NCBI GenBank assembly: GCA_963719505.1 | Contig: CAVRCF010000005.1 | Coordinates: 1 to 64,000, forward strand | DNA: 64,000 nucleotides | DNA from: Halobacteriovoraceae bacterium | GTDB taxonomy: Bacteria; Bdellovibrionota; Bacteriovoracia; Bacteriovoracales; Bacteriovoracaceae | Reading direction: 5' to 3' | In this document: positions 10,172 to 19,729 of the stretch, piece after piece | How the letters are laid out: the number at the start of each line of letters is the position of its first letter | How positions within the stretch are numbered: the stretch's first letter is position 1 | Program-made: the position numbers and the translations under genes | Notes under the pieces: model-generated | Databases searched by the model: none | Seen by the model: the letters and a program-made list of their open reading frames with translations, nothing else | What the model was told of the DNA's origin: nothing

Positions 10172-10702
10172 ATGCAAAATTTACGTCCTCATCATTCCAA
10201 TACTTCTAATGAATTTAGCCCAAGAGTCGGCTGGACTATTGATGATGAGATGATTCATTTTAAATTTGAAATGCAAGGATCATCACAGATAAATGGAAAC
10301 CCAAAGTTTTCTACCAATTACCTGGATAATCCTGATAAGAATTGGGGCTTATGGGAACATGATGTCTTTGAAGTTTTTATCTCAAAAGATGGCGAGTCTT
10401 ATCTTGAAGTTCAAATCTCGCCCCTTGGTCAAAACTTTGTTCTAAAGATTAAAAAACCGAGGAAGGTTTTTGAAAGCCCAGCTTCTTTTTCTGGAAAAAC
10501 TGAAACGATTTCAACTAAGCCTTGGCACTGTCTTATTTCAATTCCTTTTTCAGATATTCCTGGCAGCTCGAAGAGTCTAACCGGGAATTGTTTTTGTGTC
10601 GTCGGTGAAGCTAAAAGAGAGTTCTATGCTTTAAACATAAACTCAGAAAAAGATCCCGACTTTCATCGCCCTGAACTTTTTATCAATTTTGGAGAAATAT
10701 AA
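10172..10702 (+). CDS. Hypothetical protein, DOMON-like/CBM9-like
   Basis: LWEHDVFEVFI, YLEVQISP, PDFHRPE. Confidence 0.6.
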   Translation: MQNLRPHHSNTSNEFSPRVGWTIDDEMIHFKFEMQGSSQINGNPKFSTNYLDNPDKNWGLWEHDVFEVFISKDGESYLEVQISPLGQNFVLKIKKPRKVFESPASFSGKTETISTKPWHCLISIPFSDIPGSSKSLTGNCFCVVGEAKREFYALNINSEKDPDFHRPELFINFGEI

Positions 10703-11394
10703 TGAGTGGAGTTTTAACCCTTATCCCAACACCAATCGATGACCAGTCTCCACTAGAGGCCGTTGCTCTTTCTCTATGTCAAAAGGCATTTGATGATGGA
10801 GATATTATTTGTGTCGAAGAAATTAAAGAGGGACGTCGCAGATGGCTTCGATTTGGACTTCCAAAAGAGGCCATTGAATCTTTTGTTTTATATAATGAAC
10901 ACACCCGCGATGAAGAATGTGGACGCCTGATAACGAAGCTAAATAAAGGAAAAAATGTTATTTTAATGAGTGATTGTGGTCTGCCAGCATTTTGTGATCC
11001 TGGGCAAGACTTAGTCAATCGTTGCCACGATTCAGGGATTAAAGTGACATCAGCCCCATTTGCTAACTCTATAGCTTTGGCAATTGCTTTGAGTGGCTTT
11101 GATCATTCGAGATTTGTTTTTGAAGGTTTTCTCTCAAATAAATCAGATATTCGTTCTAAAGAATTAAAGAGAATTGCCGCAAGTTCAGATATATCTGTCG
11201 TTATGGATACACCTTATAGAATGAAGAAACTTTTAGAAGAATTTCAAAAATACTGTCCCGATCGTGTTGGGTTTTTAGGTATAGAACTCAATCAAGAAAA
11301 CGAGCGACTCTACAGAGATACTTTTTCAAAACTTAATTCTAAAATTGCGAAAGAGAAAAAAGAATTTATTTTGGTCATAGGACCCAAGGTTTAA
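10702..11394 (+). CDS. RsmI-like tetrapyrrole-methylase-family methyltransferase
   Basis: LIPTPI, SDCGLPAFCDPG, FEGFL, DTPYR. Confidence 0.85.
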   Translation: MSGVLTLIPTPIDDQSPLEAVALSLCQKAFDDGDIICVEEIKEGRRRWLRFGLPKEAIESFVLYNEHTRDEECGRLITKLNKGKNVILMSDCGLPAFCDPGQDLVNRCHDSGIKVTSAPFANSIALAIALSGFDHSRFVFEGFLSNKSDIRSKELKRIAASSDISVVMDTPYRMKKLLEEFQKYCPDRVGFLGIELNQENERLYRDTFSKLNSKIAKEKKEFILVIGPKV

Positions 11395-11395
11395 G

Positions 11396-12391
11396 ATGTC
11401 AGACAAAAGAAAAACCGACCATATTGAATTAGCTTTCACTTCTATAACGACTCATAATAATAAAGACTTTTATTATGAACCCCTTTTAAATAGTCACCCA
11501 ACGCAGGCGCAATCTGTGGCGTGCGAATTTATGGACATCCCGTTTCGAGCTCCTTTATGGATCTCAAGCATGACTGGTGGAACTGAGCGGGCAAATCTCA
11601 TCAATAAAAACCTGGCCACCGTGGCCGGAGAATTTGGTTTTGGGATGGGACTTGGGTCTTGTAGACCTTTATTGGAATCTAGTGAGAGGTTTAAAGATTT
11701 CGATCAGCGAGATCTTTTGGGCGATAACGCTTTTTTCATTAATTTGGGAATTGCTCAATTAGAGCAACTCGTTGTGCATAAGAAGACCTCCGTTATTTCA
11801 AAGTTGATTGAGAGTTTGCGGGCCGATGGACTCGTTATCCATGTAAATCCCATGCAGGAATGGTTTCAGCCAGAAGGTGATCGATTTCAAAGAGCTCCGC
11901 TTGCGACTATTGAGGAGATTTGTAAGTCCTTATCAACAAAGATTATTGTGAAAGAAGTTGGACAAGGTTTTGGACCCAAGTCATTAGAATCACTAATGAA
12001 ATTACCTCTCGCGGCCATTGAACTCTCTGGTTTTGGCGGTACAAATTTCAGCCTTTTGGAACTTAGTAGACATAATGCGCAAAACTTTGATAAGGATGGT
12101 TCAAATAATAGTTTGGTCCACATGGGTCATAGTTGTGAAGAGATGATTAATTGGATAAATCCTTTGGTCAATTCAGGCGATGATATCAAGTGCAGAAACT
12201 TTATTATCTCTGGTGGAGTCTCAAACATTGTTGATGGATATCAGCTACAAAATAGACTTGAAGCTAAGAGTATTGTTGGAATGGCTTCAAGTTTTCTCAA
12301 ACATGCGGAAGATTTGGAGAAGCTCAGAGAGTTTGTCTCAAGCGAAATTGAGAACTTAAAGTTTTGTCATAATTTTTTAACGGGAAAATAA
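11396..12391 (+). CDS. fni: Type 2 isopentenyl-diphosphate isomerase
   Basis: RKTDHI, SSMTGG, HVNPMQE, KEVGQG, GGTNF. Confidence 0.93.
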   Translation: MSDKRKTDHIELAFTSITTHNNKDFYYEPLLNSHPTQAQSVACEFMDIPFRAPLWISSMTGGTERANLINKNLATVAGEFGFGMGLGSCRPLLESSERFKDFDQRDLLGDNAFFINLGIAQLEQLVVHKKTSVISKLIESLRADGLVIHVNPMQEWFQPEGDRFQRAPLATIEEICKSLSTKIIVKEVGQGFGPKSLESLMKLPLAAIELSGFGGTNFSLLELSRHNAQNFDKDGSNNSLVHMGHSCEEMINWINPLVNSGDDIKCRNFIISGGVSNIVDGYQLQNRLEAKSIVGMASSFLKHAEDLEKLREFVSSEIENLKFCHNFLTGK

Positions 12392-12396
12392 AGCGA

Positions 12397-13707
12397 ATGA
12401 ATACAGTTTCAGGTTTTTCTAAATTATCAAAAGACCAAAAAATTGAATGGGTTAAAAGCCAAATTGGTGAGGATCATCAGTCACTAGATTCTATTAGGTC
12501 TTTTTGGCACAGTGATAGTGATGTTCAGGATATGTTTGACGACTTTTCTGAAAATACTGTTGGCAATTTTATTTTACCCTTTGGCATTGCACCAAATTTC
12601 ATCATTAATAAAAAAGTTTATACCATTCCAATGGTTACAGAAGAGAGCTCAGTTGTTGCGGCCGCAAGTAAAAGTGCAAAGTTTTGGTCTACAAGAGGTG
12701 GTTTCAAGGCAAAAGTTATCTCCACAACTAAATCGGGACAGGTCCATTTCAAATTTAAGGGCTCATTTGAAAAATTAAAAACCTTCTTCACTTTGAAAAA
12801 AAGCTCTTTACTAGCTCATACAGAAAAGATCACAGAGAATATGGATAAACGAGGTGGGGGAATTAAAAACCTAGAGCTCGTTGATAGATCTGATCAGTTG
12901 GAAAATTACTACCAATTAGATGTAAAATTCGAAACTTGCGATGCCATGGGTGCGAATTTCATTAACTCCGTTCTTGAAAATTTAGGACAAAGTCTTAAGC
13001 TTGAAGCACTAGGATATTCCAATTTTTCTGGTGTTGAAAAAGATATAGACGTGATTATGTGTATTCTTTCTAATTATACTCCTGAGTGTATCGTAAGAGT
13101 TCATGTTGAGTGTCCCATAGAAGACCTAGGTGTTCATGCTGATCTTCCAGCAATCGAGTTTGCTAGAAAATTTCATGATGCCATTCAAATCTCAAAAGTC
13201 GATACCTCAAGAGCAGTGACTCATAATAAGGGAATTTTTAATGGTATTGACTCGGTTACTATTGCTACAGGCAATGACTTTAGGGCGACTTCGGCCTGTG
13301 GTCACGCTTTTGCTGCTAAGGATGGAGTCTACAGAGGGCTATCGAGTTGTACTTTAGATGATGGTATTTTTAAGTTTGAGATGACACTTCCTTTGGCCAT
13401 CGGCACTGTCGGTGGACTCACAAGTCTTCATCCTATGTCGAAAATCTCAATGAAGATCTTAGAAAATCCAGATGCAAAAGAATTAATGGGAATCATAGCG
13501 GCAACTGGGCTGGCACAAAATTACGGTGCCATCTCCTCACTTGTCACGACCGGTATCCAAAAAGGGCATATGAAGATGCACCTTTTAAATATATTAAATC
13601 AGCTTGGTGCTGAAACAGAAATAAAAGAAAAAGCAATAAAGTATTTTTCAGACAAAGTCATCTCACACGCAAGTGTAAGAGATTTTCTGGAAAGACGTTA
13701 CCATTAA
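12397..13707 (+). CDS. mvaA: HMG-CoA reductase, class II
   Basis: ENTVG, EESSVVAA, DAMGAN, THNKGIFNG, GNDFRA, GIQKGHMKMH. Confidence 0.96.
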   Translation: MNTVSGFSKLSKDQKIEWVKSQIGEDHQSLDSIRSFWHSDSDVQDMFDDFSENTVGNFILPFGIAPNFIINKKVYTIPMVTEESSVVAAASKSAKFWSTRGGFKAKVISTTKSGQVHFKFKGSFEKLKTFFTLKKSSLLAHTEKITENMDKRGGGIKNLELVDRSDQLENYYQLDVKFETCDAMGANFINSVLENLGQSLKLEALGYSNFSGVEKDIDVIMCILSNYTPECIVRVHVECPIEDLGVHADLPAIEFARKFHDAIQISKVDTSRAVTHNKGIFNGIDSVTIATGNDFRATSACGHAFAAKDGVYRGLSSCTLDDGIFKFEMTLPLAIGTVGGLTSLHPMSKISMKILENPDAKELMGIIAATGLAQNYGAISSLVTTGIQKGHMKMHLLNILNQLGAETEIKEKAIKYFSDKVISHASVRDFLERRYH

Positions 13708-13718
13708 TTGGAGAGTTG

Positions 13719-14717
13719 ATGAGAGAGCAATTTTATTACGGTCACGGTAAGCTTCTTTTGACAGGGGAGTATTTTATTTTAGATGGGGCACATTCAGTTG
13801 CCTTCCCAACCAATCTGGGACAAACACTATCTGTTAAATACAATAGATCTAGCGAACCCAAACTATATTGGAAATCATTTGATTCCACAGGTAATTGCTG
13901 GTTTGAAGCCAGTTATGATTTATGGCGCTTTAACTGCCTTGATAACGAGTCTGAAGAGGCAAAGGTTTTGTCACAAATTCTGTGCGCTGCTAGAGCACAA
14001 AATGTTCATTTTTTGAGAGATGAAGTCGATGTCGTTGTAGAGACGCGTTTAGAATTTCCTCTTGGTTGGGGTTTAGGATCCAGTTCTACCCTCATTTATA
14101 ATATCGCTCAGTGGGCTTATGTTTCGCCTTTTGAACTTTTGGAAAAAACATTTGGTGGTTCAGGTTACGATATAGCCTGTGCTCAATCAGTTGGACCCAT
14201 AACTTATGAGATTAAGGCCCATGGACCAAGATGGGAAGCAGCTACCTTTGATCCACACTTTAGAAATAATATCTACTTTGTTTACCTCAACAGAAAACAA
14301 AATACGAGGGAGAGCATTTCAAGATATAAAGACTTAGTTACAAATAAAGAATTTAAAAAAGAGATGTGTTCACGTATTGATAGTATTTCTCAAAGAATCC
14401 TAAACTGTATTGATTTTAAAGAGTTTGAAGAGCTTATCCTTGAACATGAATCGATTATCTCAAATGCCCTTGACCTTCCAAGAATTAAAGATAAAGAATT
14501 CTCAGATTACTGGGGAAGTGTAAAATCTCTTGGAGCATGGGGTGGGGATTTTGTTTTAGTGACGAGTGATAAAGATCCAGCGACAACGAAAAAATATTTT
14601 AAAGACAAAGGCTTTGAACAAATTCTAGGTTTTGATGAACTTATTTTACAAAGACCTTTAAATAGTTTTTCTGCGAACGATAAAAAAACTCATGAATCAT
14701 TTGAACTGCTCAATTAA
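13719..14717 (+). CDS. GYDIA-family GHMP kinase, candidate phosphomevalonate kinase
   Basis: GKLLLTGEY, WGLGSSST, GSGYDIACA, KSLGAWGGDF; inside the mevalonate operon. Confidence 0.85.
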   Translation: MREQFYYGHGKLLLTGEYFILDGAHSVAFPTNLGQTLSVKYNRSSEPKLYWKSFDSTGNCWFEASYDLWRFNCLDNESEEAKVLSQILCAARAQNVHFLRDEVDVVVETRLEFPLGWGLGSSSTLIYNIAQWAYVSPFELLEKTFGGSGYDIACAQSVGPITYEIKAHGPRWEAATFDPHFRNNIYFVYLNRKQNTRESISRYKDLVTNKEFKKEMCSRIDSISQRILNCIDFKEFEELILEHESIISNALDLPRIKDKEFSDYWGSVKSLGAWGGDFVLVTSDKDPATTKKYFKDKGFEQILGFDELILQRPLNSFSANDKKTHESFELLN

Positions 14718-15720
14718 TAAAGCTTACGTAAAAGTTCAAAGCCCATCCAATATCGCATTTATAAAGTATTGGGGGAAGAGTCCCGTACAAAAACCCAATA
14801 ATCCTTCTTTGAGTATGACTCTGAGTGAGTGTCGCTCAGAGACTTCAATTTCGTTTGAGAAAGCGGATTCATTTGATATCAGCTCTTTTATTTTCGAAAA
14901 TCAGAACGATGATCTTTTTAAAGTTAAGACAAAAGAAAAAATCGAGGCTTTAATTAACTTTATGCCTTGGCTTAATTCTTATCACTTAAAGATTGAGTCA
15001 AAAAATACTTTCCCTCATTCATCAGGCATAGCCTCAAGTGCAAGTGGTTTTTCGGCCATTATTTTCGCTTTGTTAACGTTTGAGGACAAACTTTTAGGAA
15101 CGTCTATAGATATGAATAGGGCCAGTGAATTATCTCGGCTTTGTTCTGGTTCAGCTTCGCGAAGCCTCTTTTCGGGTTACTCTCACTGGGGTGTTTCCCA
15201 TTTTGAAAACGGTAATGATCGATACGCCCTAGAGATTTCTTATCCTCAAGATTTCGAAAATACGATCGCTATAGTAAGCTCAAAGACAAAAGATGTTTCC
15301 TCTTCAGCTGGTCATAAGCTCATGGAAGATCATCCTTTCGCGGCGGCTCGATATGAGATGGCCCGTGTGAATTTAGAAAAGATCGATCATGCGCTAAAAA
15401 ATAATAATTTGGCCGTCTTTGGAGAAATCCTTGAACGTGAAGCTCTCACTCTTCACGCTTTAATGATGAGCTCCACTCCCTCATATATCCTTCTTGAACA
15501 AAGATCCCTCGCTATTATAAACGAGGTAAGAAAATTTAGACAGGCCTCTGGGGAACACCTGTATTTCACCATCGATGCTGGACCCAATATTCATCTCATT
15601 TACTTAAAGACCAGTAAGATAACTGCATTTATAGAAAGTGTTATATCCCCTTTATGTGATCAGCTTATCTTTGATCGAAAAGGTGATGGACCGTGTGTTA
15701 TGGAAGAAAGATATGAATGA
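14692..15720 (+). CDS. mvaD: Diphosphomevalonate decarboxylase
   Basis: SNIAFIKYWGK, GIASSAS, SGSASRS, TIDAGPNIH. Confidence 0.93.
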   Translation: MNHLNCSINKAYVKVQSPSNIAFIKYWGKSPVQKPNNPSLSMTLSECRSETSISFEKADSFDISSFIFENQNDDLFKVKTKEKIEALINFMPWLNSYHLKIESKNTFPHSSGIASSASGFSAIIFALLTFEDKLLGTSIDMNRASELSRLCSGSASRSLFSGYSHWGVSHFENGNDRYALEISYPQDFENTIAIVSSKTKDVSSSAGHKLMEDHPFAAARYEMARVNLEKIDHALKNNNLAVFGEILEREALTLHALMMSSTPSYILLEQRSLAIINEVRKFRQASGEHLYFTIDAGPNIHLIYLKTSKITAFIESVISPLCDQLIFDRKGDGPCVMEERYE

Positions 15721-16591
15721 TAAATTTTATGCCAAAGTTCTTCTTTTTGGTGAGTATGGAATTATTAAAGGCTCTAAAGGGGTGGCAATGCCTTTTAGTC
15801 CCTATTTTGGAGTGCTCTCAACTGAAGGCAAGGAGACGGCGAGTTCATTAAAAGACTTATTTAATTTTATAAAAAGATCCTCTATTTTGAAAAGGGAACT
15901 TGATATAGAGAGAATGGATAACGATATTAATACTGGTTTAGAATTTAGATCTAATATTCCCCAGGGACATGGTCTTGGAAGTTCTGGTGCTTTGTGTGCA
16001 TCTCTTTATTGTCGATATGCAAATGGATTTGATCGTAAAGCCCAACTTGATTCACAGGCCCTAAAGTTTTTACAAGAAATTCTCTCTCTTATGGAATCTT
16101 TCTTTCATGGAACATCATCTGGTCTGGATCCTCTTATTAGTCTTATTAATAAACCTCTCATGATAAGTTCAGAAGATAAGATTGCGCCTATTGATTACCC
16201 CACACTTTCATCATTTGGTCAGTTCTATCTTTTAGATACAAAAATTCAAAGAAAAACTTCTCCTCTTGTGCATCAGTTTTTGAAGGACTGTTCAGATGAG
16301 AAGTACTTTGATGGCATAAAAAAATATATGAATCTCACTGACCTTATTGTCGATAATTTATCCTTTGGGCAGACGAAGAATTTTTCTGAAAACTTCAAAG
16401 AGATTTCGCGATTACAATATCTTTATTTTGATAGCATGATACCAAAGTCGCTAAAAGATGTTTGGCTAGCTGGGTTAGAGTCTAAAGACTATTTCTTAAA
16501 GCTATGCGGTGCCGGAGGCGGTGGATACTATATTATCTTTAGTGACACTGGGCGCGTACCACTTGACCATGATTTGTTAAAATTATCTTAA
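15713..16591 (+). CDS. Mevalonate kinase (GHMP family)
   Basis: KVLLFGEY, IPQGHGLGSSGA, HGTSSGLDP, KLCGAGGGG; ATG 15713 overlaps the mvaD stop. Confidence 0.88.
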   Translation: MNDKFYAKVLLFGEYGIIKGSKGVAMPFSPYFGVLSTEGKETASSLKDLFNFIKRSSILKRELDIERMDNDINTGLEFRSNIPQGHGLGSSGALCASLYCRYANGFDRKAQLDSQALKFLQEILSLMESFFHGTSSGLDPLISLINKPLMISSEDKIAPIDYPTLSSFGQFYLLDTKIQRKTSPLVHQFLKDCSDEKYFDGIKKYMNLTDLIVDNLSFGQTKNFSENFKEISRLQYLYFDSMIPKSLKDVWLAGLESKDYFLKLCGAGGGGYYIIFSDTGRVPLDHDLLKLS

Positions 16592-16623
16592 AATATCATT
16601 AAAAGTTATGTTATCATTTACCC

Positions 16624-17301
16624 ATGTTACCTAGTTTCAGAACGGTTAAGTCTTTGAGTGAACTTCTCGAGGCATTCAATTTATGTAAGAAAGAGGATCT
16701 AGAACTCACCATTTGGCAAAAGATTGAGGGGTCTAGAAAGACTGGAATCTGCTCGATTGAGAGAGTGGTACATAATAATGATATTCTTATCTTCTTAGAT
16801 ATTGAAGATGGATTTGAATATGATGAAAACGTCGAACTGCACCTTTTTCAAGAGCAACTTTCTTTGCTTTTTAAAGGATCTTTTTATGAGCACAATAAAA
16901 GCCAACTTGTCTTAAGCTTAAATAAAAAATTCTATCTAAAAGAGAAAAGGGAAGATGAGAGGTTTTCTTTTAAAGATATTTTATTTCAAGTCAGAGTGGA
17001 TTACGTTGATGAGATCAGTGGTAATAAAAGATCTCTCAATGGGACTTTAAGTGATATCTCAGACATGGGAATGAGTTTTTCAGTACCGGTCACTAATGCT
17101 ATTGTTTTATCTGAGGGGATGACAGTATCGTTAAAGTCGATTGAAGGCATAACTTTTACGAGTCCAGTTCTGGGCATTATAAAATACCATATCGTTATAA
17201 AACTAAAGAATCAGACCGACGTTAAATACGGTATGGAGTTTAAAAAACAGTCAAAGCCTATTTCTGAAGCCTTAAAACTTCTAAAACAGCGATCAGTTTA
17301 G
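16624..17301 (+). CDS. PilZ-domain protein (probable c-di-GMP receptor)
   Basis: RxxxR (REDER) and DxSxxG (DISDMG). Confidence 0.8.
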   Translation: MLPSFRTVKSLSELLEAFNLCKKEDLELTIWQKIEGSRKTGICSIERVVHNNDILIFLDIEDGFEYDENVELHLFQEQLSLLFKGSFYEHNKSQLVLSLNKKFYLKEKREDERFSFKDILFQVRVDYVDEISGNKRSLNGTLSDISDMGMSFSVPVTNAIVLSEGMTVSLKSIEGITFTSPVLGIIKYHIVIKLKNQTDVKYGMEFKKQSKPISEALKLLKQRSV

Positions 17302-18198
17302 AGTTTCAGGGCTTTCTTTAACTAAGGTGAGCTTTCTTGCGTAAGACATACTTTTCGCTGGCATAAAACTCTCGCTTTCTGCTTCATCATTTTTATTTGC
17401 TTGTGTTGCTTCTTTTGTTTCTTCTTCTTTTTCAACTTTCCAGTCCTCAGACATCAGTGAGGCTTTACCAATTTGGCTTTCTACTTTCATCGACTGTTCG
17501 TACTTTGCTCTTTCTAAATCAAAAACGCCGAGTTTAGTTTGAATTCTTTGCACTGGAGCTTGAGATCTTATGGCCACAAGTAAGTTTTGAACGACTTTTC
17601 TTTTGGATTCTTCATCATAGGTTTGATAAACGAAACCTGAACTTTTTAAAAAATTAATATCAATTTTTTGTCCAGACAGAAGGAAATTTCTCGCATGCAT
17701 TTGCCCTACTAAAAGTGCAAGGGTAGACATCCCTGAAGAACTGGGTGTGAGACCAAGTTTGTTGTGATTAAACTCGATCTGGCAATCTTGATGAGCAATT
17801 CTAATGTCAGCTGCCGTTGAGAGCTCACACCCTAAATTACTAGCACCTTTTTTAAGATCGATAACAATTGTTTGTGGCAGGTGATGAAAAGCTTGAACAA
17901 TTTTCTGAAGTTTATCTGTGAGTTTTAAAATTTGATTTTGGGAATAATTTTTAACGTTTTTAGAGAAGTAGCCTTGAGATAATTGATTCTCTTCAGTTTC
18001 TTCCGATGTTAAGAACACACTTTGGATTTCAACTTTATTTGTCAGCCAAGCTATAAGAGACTCAAGTTCAAAAAGCATTTCCATATTGATGGCATGCTCA
18101 TTTTGTGGCTTGTTTAACTTTATCCAAATTGATCTTGTGGATTTTACTAAGTTGACATTGAGTGTGTTGTAATTAAAAAGTGATTGCATGAGATCCAT
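17293..18198 (-). CDS. Enoyl-CoA hydratase/crotonase-family protein with atypical active site
   Basis: LNKP..HAIN, GCEL..ADIRIA, LGLTP; start may be ATG 18189. Confidence 0.8.
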   Translation of the reverse strand: MDLMQSLFNYNTLNVNLVKSTRSIWIKLNKPQNEHAINMEMLFELESLIAWLTNKVEIQSVFLTSEETEENQLSQGYFSKNVKNYSQNQILKLTDKLQKIVQAFHHLPQTIVIDLKKGASNLGCELSTAADIRIAHQDCQIEFNHNKLGLTPSSSGMSTLALLVGQMHARNFLLSGQKIDINFLKSSGFVYQTYDEESKRKVVQNLLVAIRSQAPVQRIQTKLGVFDLERAKYEQSMKVESQIGKASLMSEDWKVEKEEETKEATQANKNDEAESESFMPAKSMSYARKLTLVKESPETLN

Positions 18199-18241
18199 CC
18201 TTGGTCTTACGTAGTCAAAATTTTATAAGCATCCTTGCTTA
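18192..18241 (-). promoter_or_regulatory. Two CsrA/RsmA-type GGA hairpins in the crotonase leader
   Basis: UAAGCA-AGGA-UGCUUA and CCA-AGGA-UGG; the second covers the RBS/start. Confidence 0.6.
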
Positions 18242-18248
18242 CAATATA

Positions 18249-18278
18249 ATTTTAGAATTTTTTGGGTGGCAAAGTCAA
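18249..18278 (-). promoter_or_regulatory. Possible sigma-70 promoter of the crotonase gene
   Basis: TTGACT-N18-TAAAAT; +1 would fall at the first GGA hairpin. Confidence 0.45.
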
Positions 18279-18361
18279 ACGGAAGTCAGATTTTAAAAGA
18301 ATAAATGCATTATCCAATACTTACCGAGGGTGCCATTGAGATAGGGGCAAAATAGTCGAGT

Positions 18362-19288
18362 CTAATAGTTATCTTCTAGGAATCTTTCCGCTCGCATGGC
18401 GGCCATACAACCTGACCCAGCTGCTGAGATAGCTTGACGGTAGTAAGAGTCCTGAACGTCACCACAAGCAAAAACACCTGGGATATTTGTGTCTGGATGC
18501 TCACCGGTAACAATGAAGCCTGCTTTATCTAGTGTTACTTGATCGCCCAAAAACTTAGTGTTTGGCGTGTGTCCAATTCCCATAAAAAGACCATTTGTCT
18601 CTTTAATAGTTTCTTCGCCGTCTTTCGTATTTTTTACTTTTATAGAATTAACACCAGCATTGTCCGCGATGATTTCAACAACCTCGTGGTCCCAAAGAAC
18701 CTTGATTTTTGGATTGTTAAAAACTCTCTCTTGCATCGGTTTCGATGCTCTAAATGAATCTCTTCTGTGCACGATTGTTACTTCTGAGGCAAACTTTGAA
18801 AGAAACATGGCCTCTTCCATTGCTGTATCTCCACCTCCGACAACGTAGACGATTTGGTTTTTATAAAAGAACCCATCACAAGTTGCACACGCACTTACTC
18901 CGCGACCAATAAGCTCTTTCTCGTTGGGAAGTCCTAAGTATTTGGCACTAGCACCCGTAGAAATAATAACCGTTTCAGTTTCAAAAGAGTCACCATTTGC
19001 ACAGGTAATTTTAAAAGGTCTTTTGCTTAAATCAGCTGAAGTTACCATTGTATTTAAAAACTCGGTACCAAATCTTTCGGCTTGCTTTTTCATACCCATC
19101 ATTAGATCAGGCCCCATGATTCCGTCGGGAAAACCTGGAAAATTCTCGACATCAGTTGTTGTCGTTAATTGTCCACCGGGCTCACTGCCTTCAATAAGAA
19201 GTGGTGAAAGATTTGCTCTCGATGCGTAGACTGCTGCTGTATAACCCGCAGGTCCACTTCCAATGATGATTAATTCTCTTTTGCTCAT
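18362..19288 (-). CDS. trxB: Thioredoxin-disulfide reductase
   Basis: IGSGPAG, GGQLTTTTDVENFPGF, CATCDG, GGGDTAMEEA. Confidence 0.98.
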   Translation of the reverse strand: MSKRELIIIGSGPAGYTAAVYASRANLSPLLIEGSEPGGQLTTTTDVENFPGFPDGIMGPDLMMGMKKQAERFGTEFLNTMVTSADLSKRPFKITCANGDSFETETVIISTGASAKYLGLPNEKELIGRGVSACATCDGFFYKNQIVYVVGGGDTAMEEAMFLSKFASEVTIVHRRDSFRASKPMQERVFNNPKIKVLWDHEVVEIIADNAGVNSIKVKNTKDGEETIKETNGLFMGIGHTPNTKFLGDQVTLDKAGFIVTGEHPDTNIPGVFACGDVQDSYYRQAISAAGSGCMAAMRAERFLEDNY

Positions 19289-19308
19289 TTAATTCTTACC
19301 TTTGATAT

Positions 19309-19539
19309 CTATTCTTCAGAACTTTCAGCTGACTTAGCAGCCTCTTTTGCAGACTCTTGGAATCCAAGTTTTAACTTAATATCCTCAGGTCTATCATCTT
19401 TATCTGGATGCATATCGTAATAGGCAGCCACACTCATGAGTTCCTCAGGATTTTCGGCTTTCTTAGTCAGGATGTACTTTTCACCCGTCAAATTGCATTC
19501 ATATTTGTACGTTTTTACTTCTTTTTTTCTTCTAGCCAC
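19309..19539 (-). CDS. Small hypothetical protein
   Basis: 76 aa, GTG start with AAGGA RBS, 20 bp upstream of trxB on the same strand. Confidence 0.7.
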   Translation of the reverse strand: MARRKKEVKTYKYECNLTGEKYILTKKAENPEELMSVAAYYDMHPDKDDRPEDIKLKLGFQESAKEAAKSAESSEE

Positions 19540-19714
19540 GATGTGTATCCTTAAAAATAAAATTTGAAAGTTATTTATAGTTTATCTGGAGCCGTAAATC
19601 AACTAAATGCCTCTATGTGGAGTTTAAATAACTCGCTGAGTCTCAATTCTAATCTATTGAAACAAAACGGCTTTTCTTTTCGCGTTAAAGTTTATAAAAT
19701 TACTTTAGACAAGC

Positions 19715-19728
19715 ATACAAGGATGTAT
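19715..19728 (+). promoter_or_regulatory. CsrA/RsmA consensus hairpin over the RBS
   Basis: AUACA-AGGA-UGUAU, contains RUACARGGAUGU, directly before TTG 19730. Confidence 0.65.
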
Positions 19729-19729
19729 T

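Noticed and set aside
19686..19712. Sigma-28-like promoter before the barrel pair (TAAA-N15-TTAGACAA); similar weak matches near 58770 and 8914
   Set aside because: -10 elements too far from consensus
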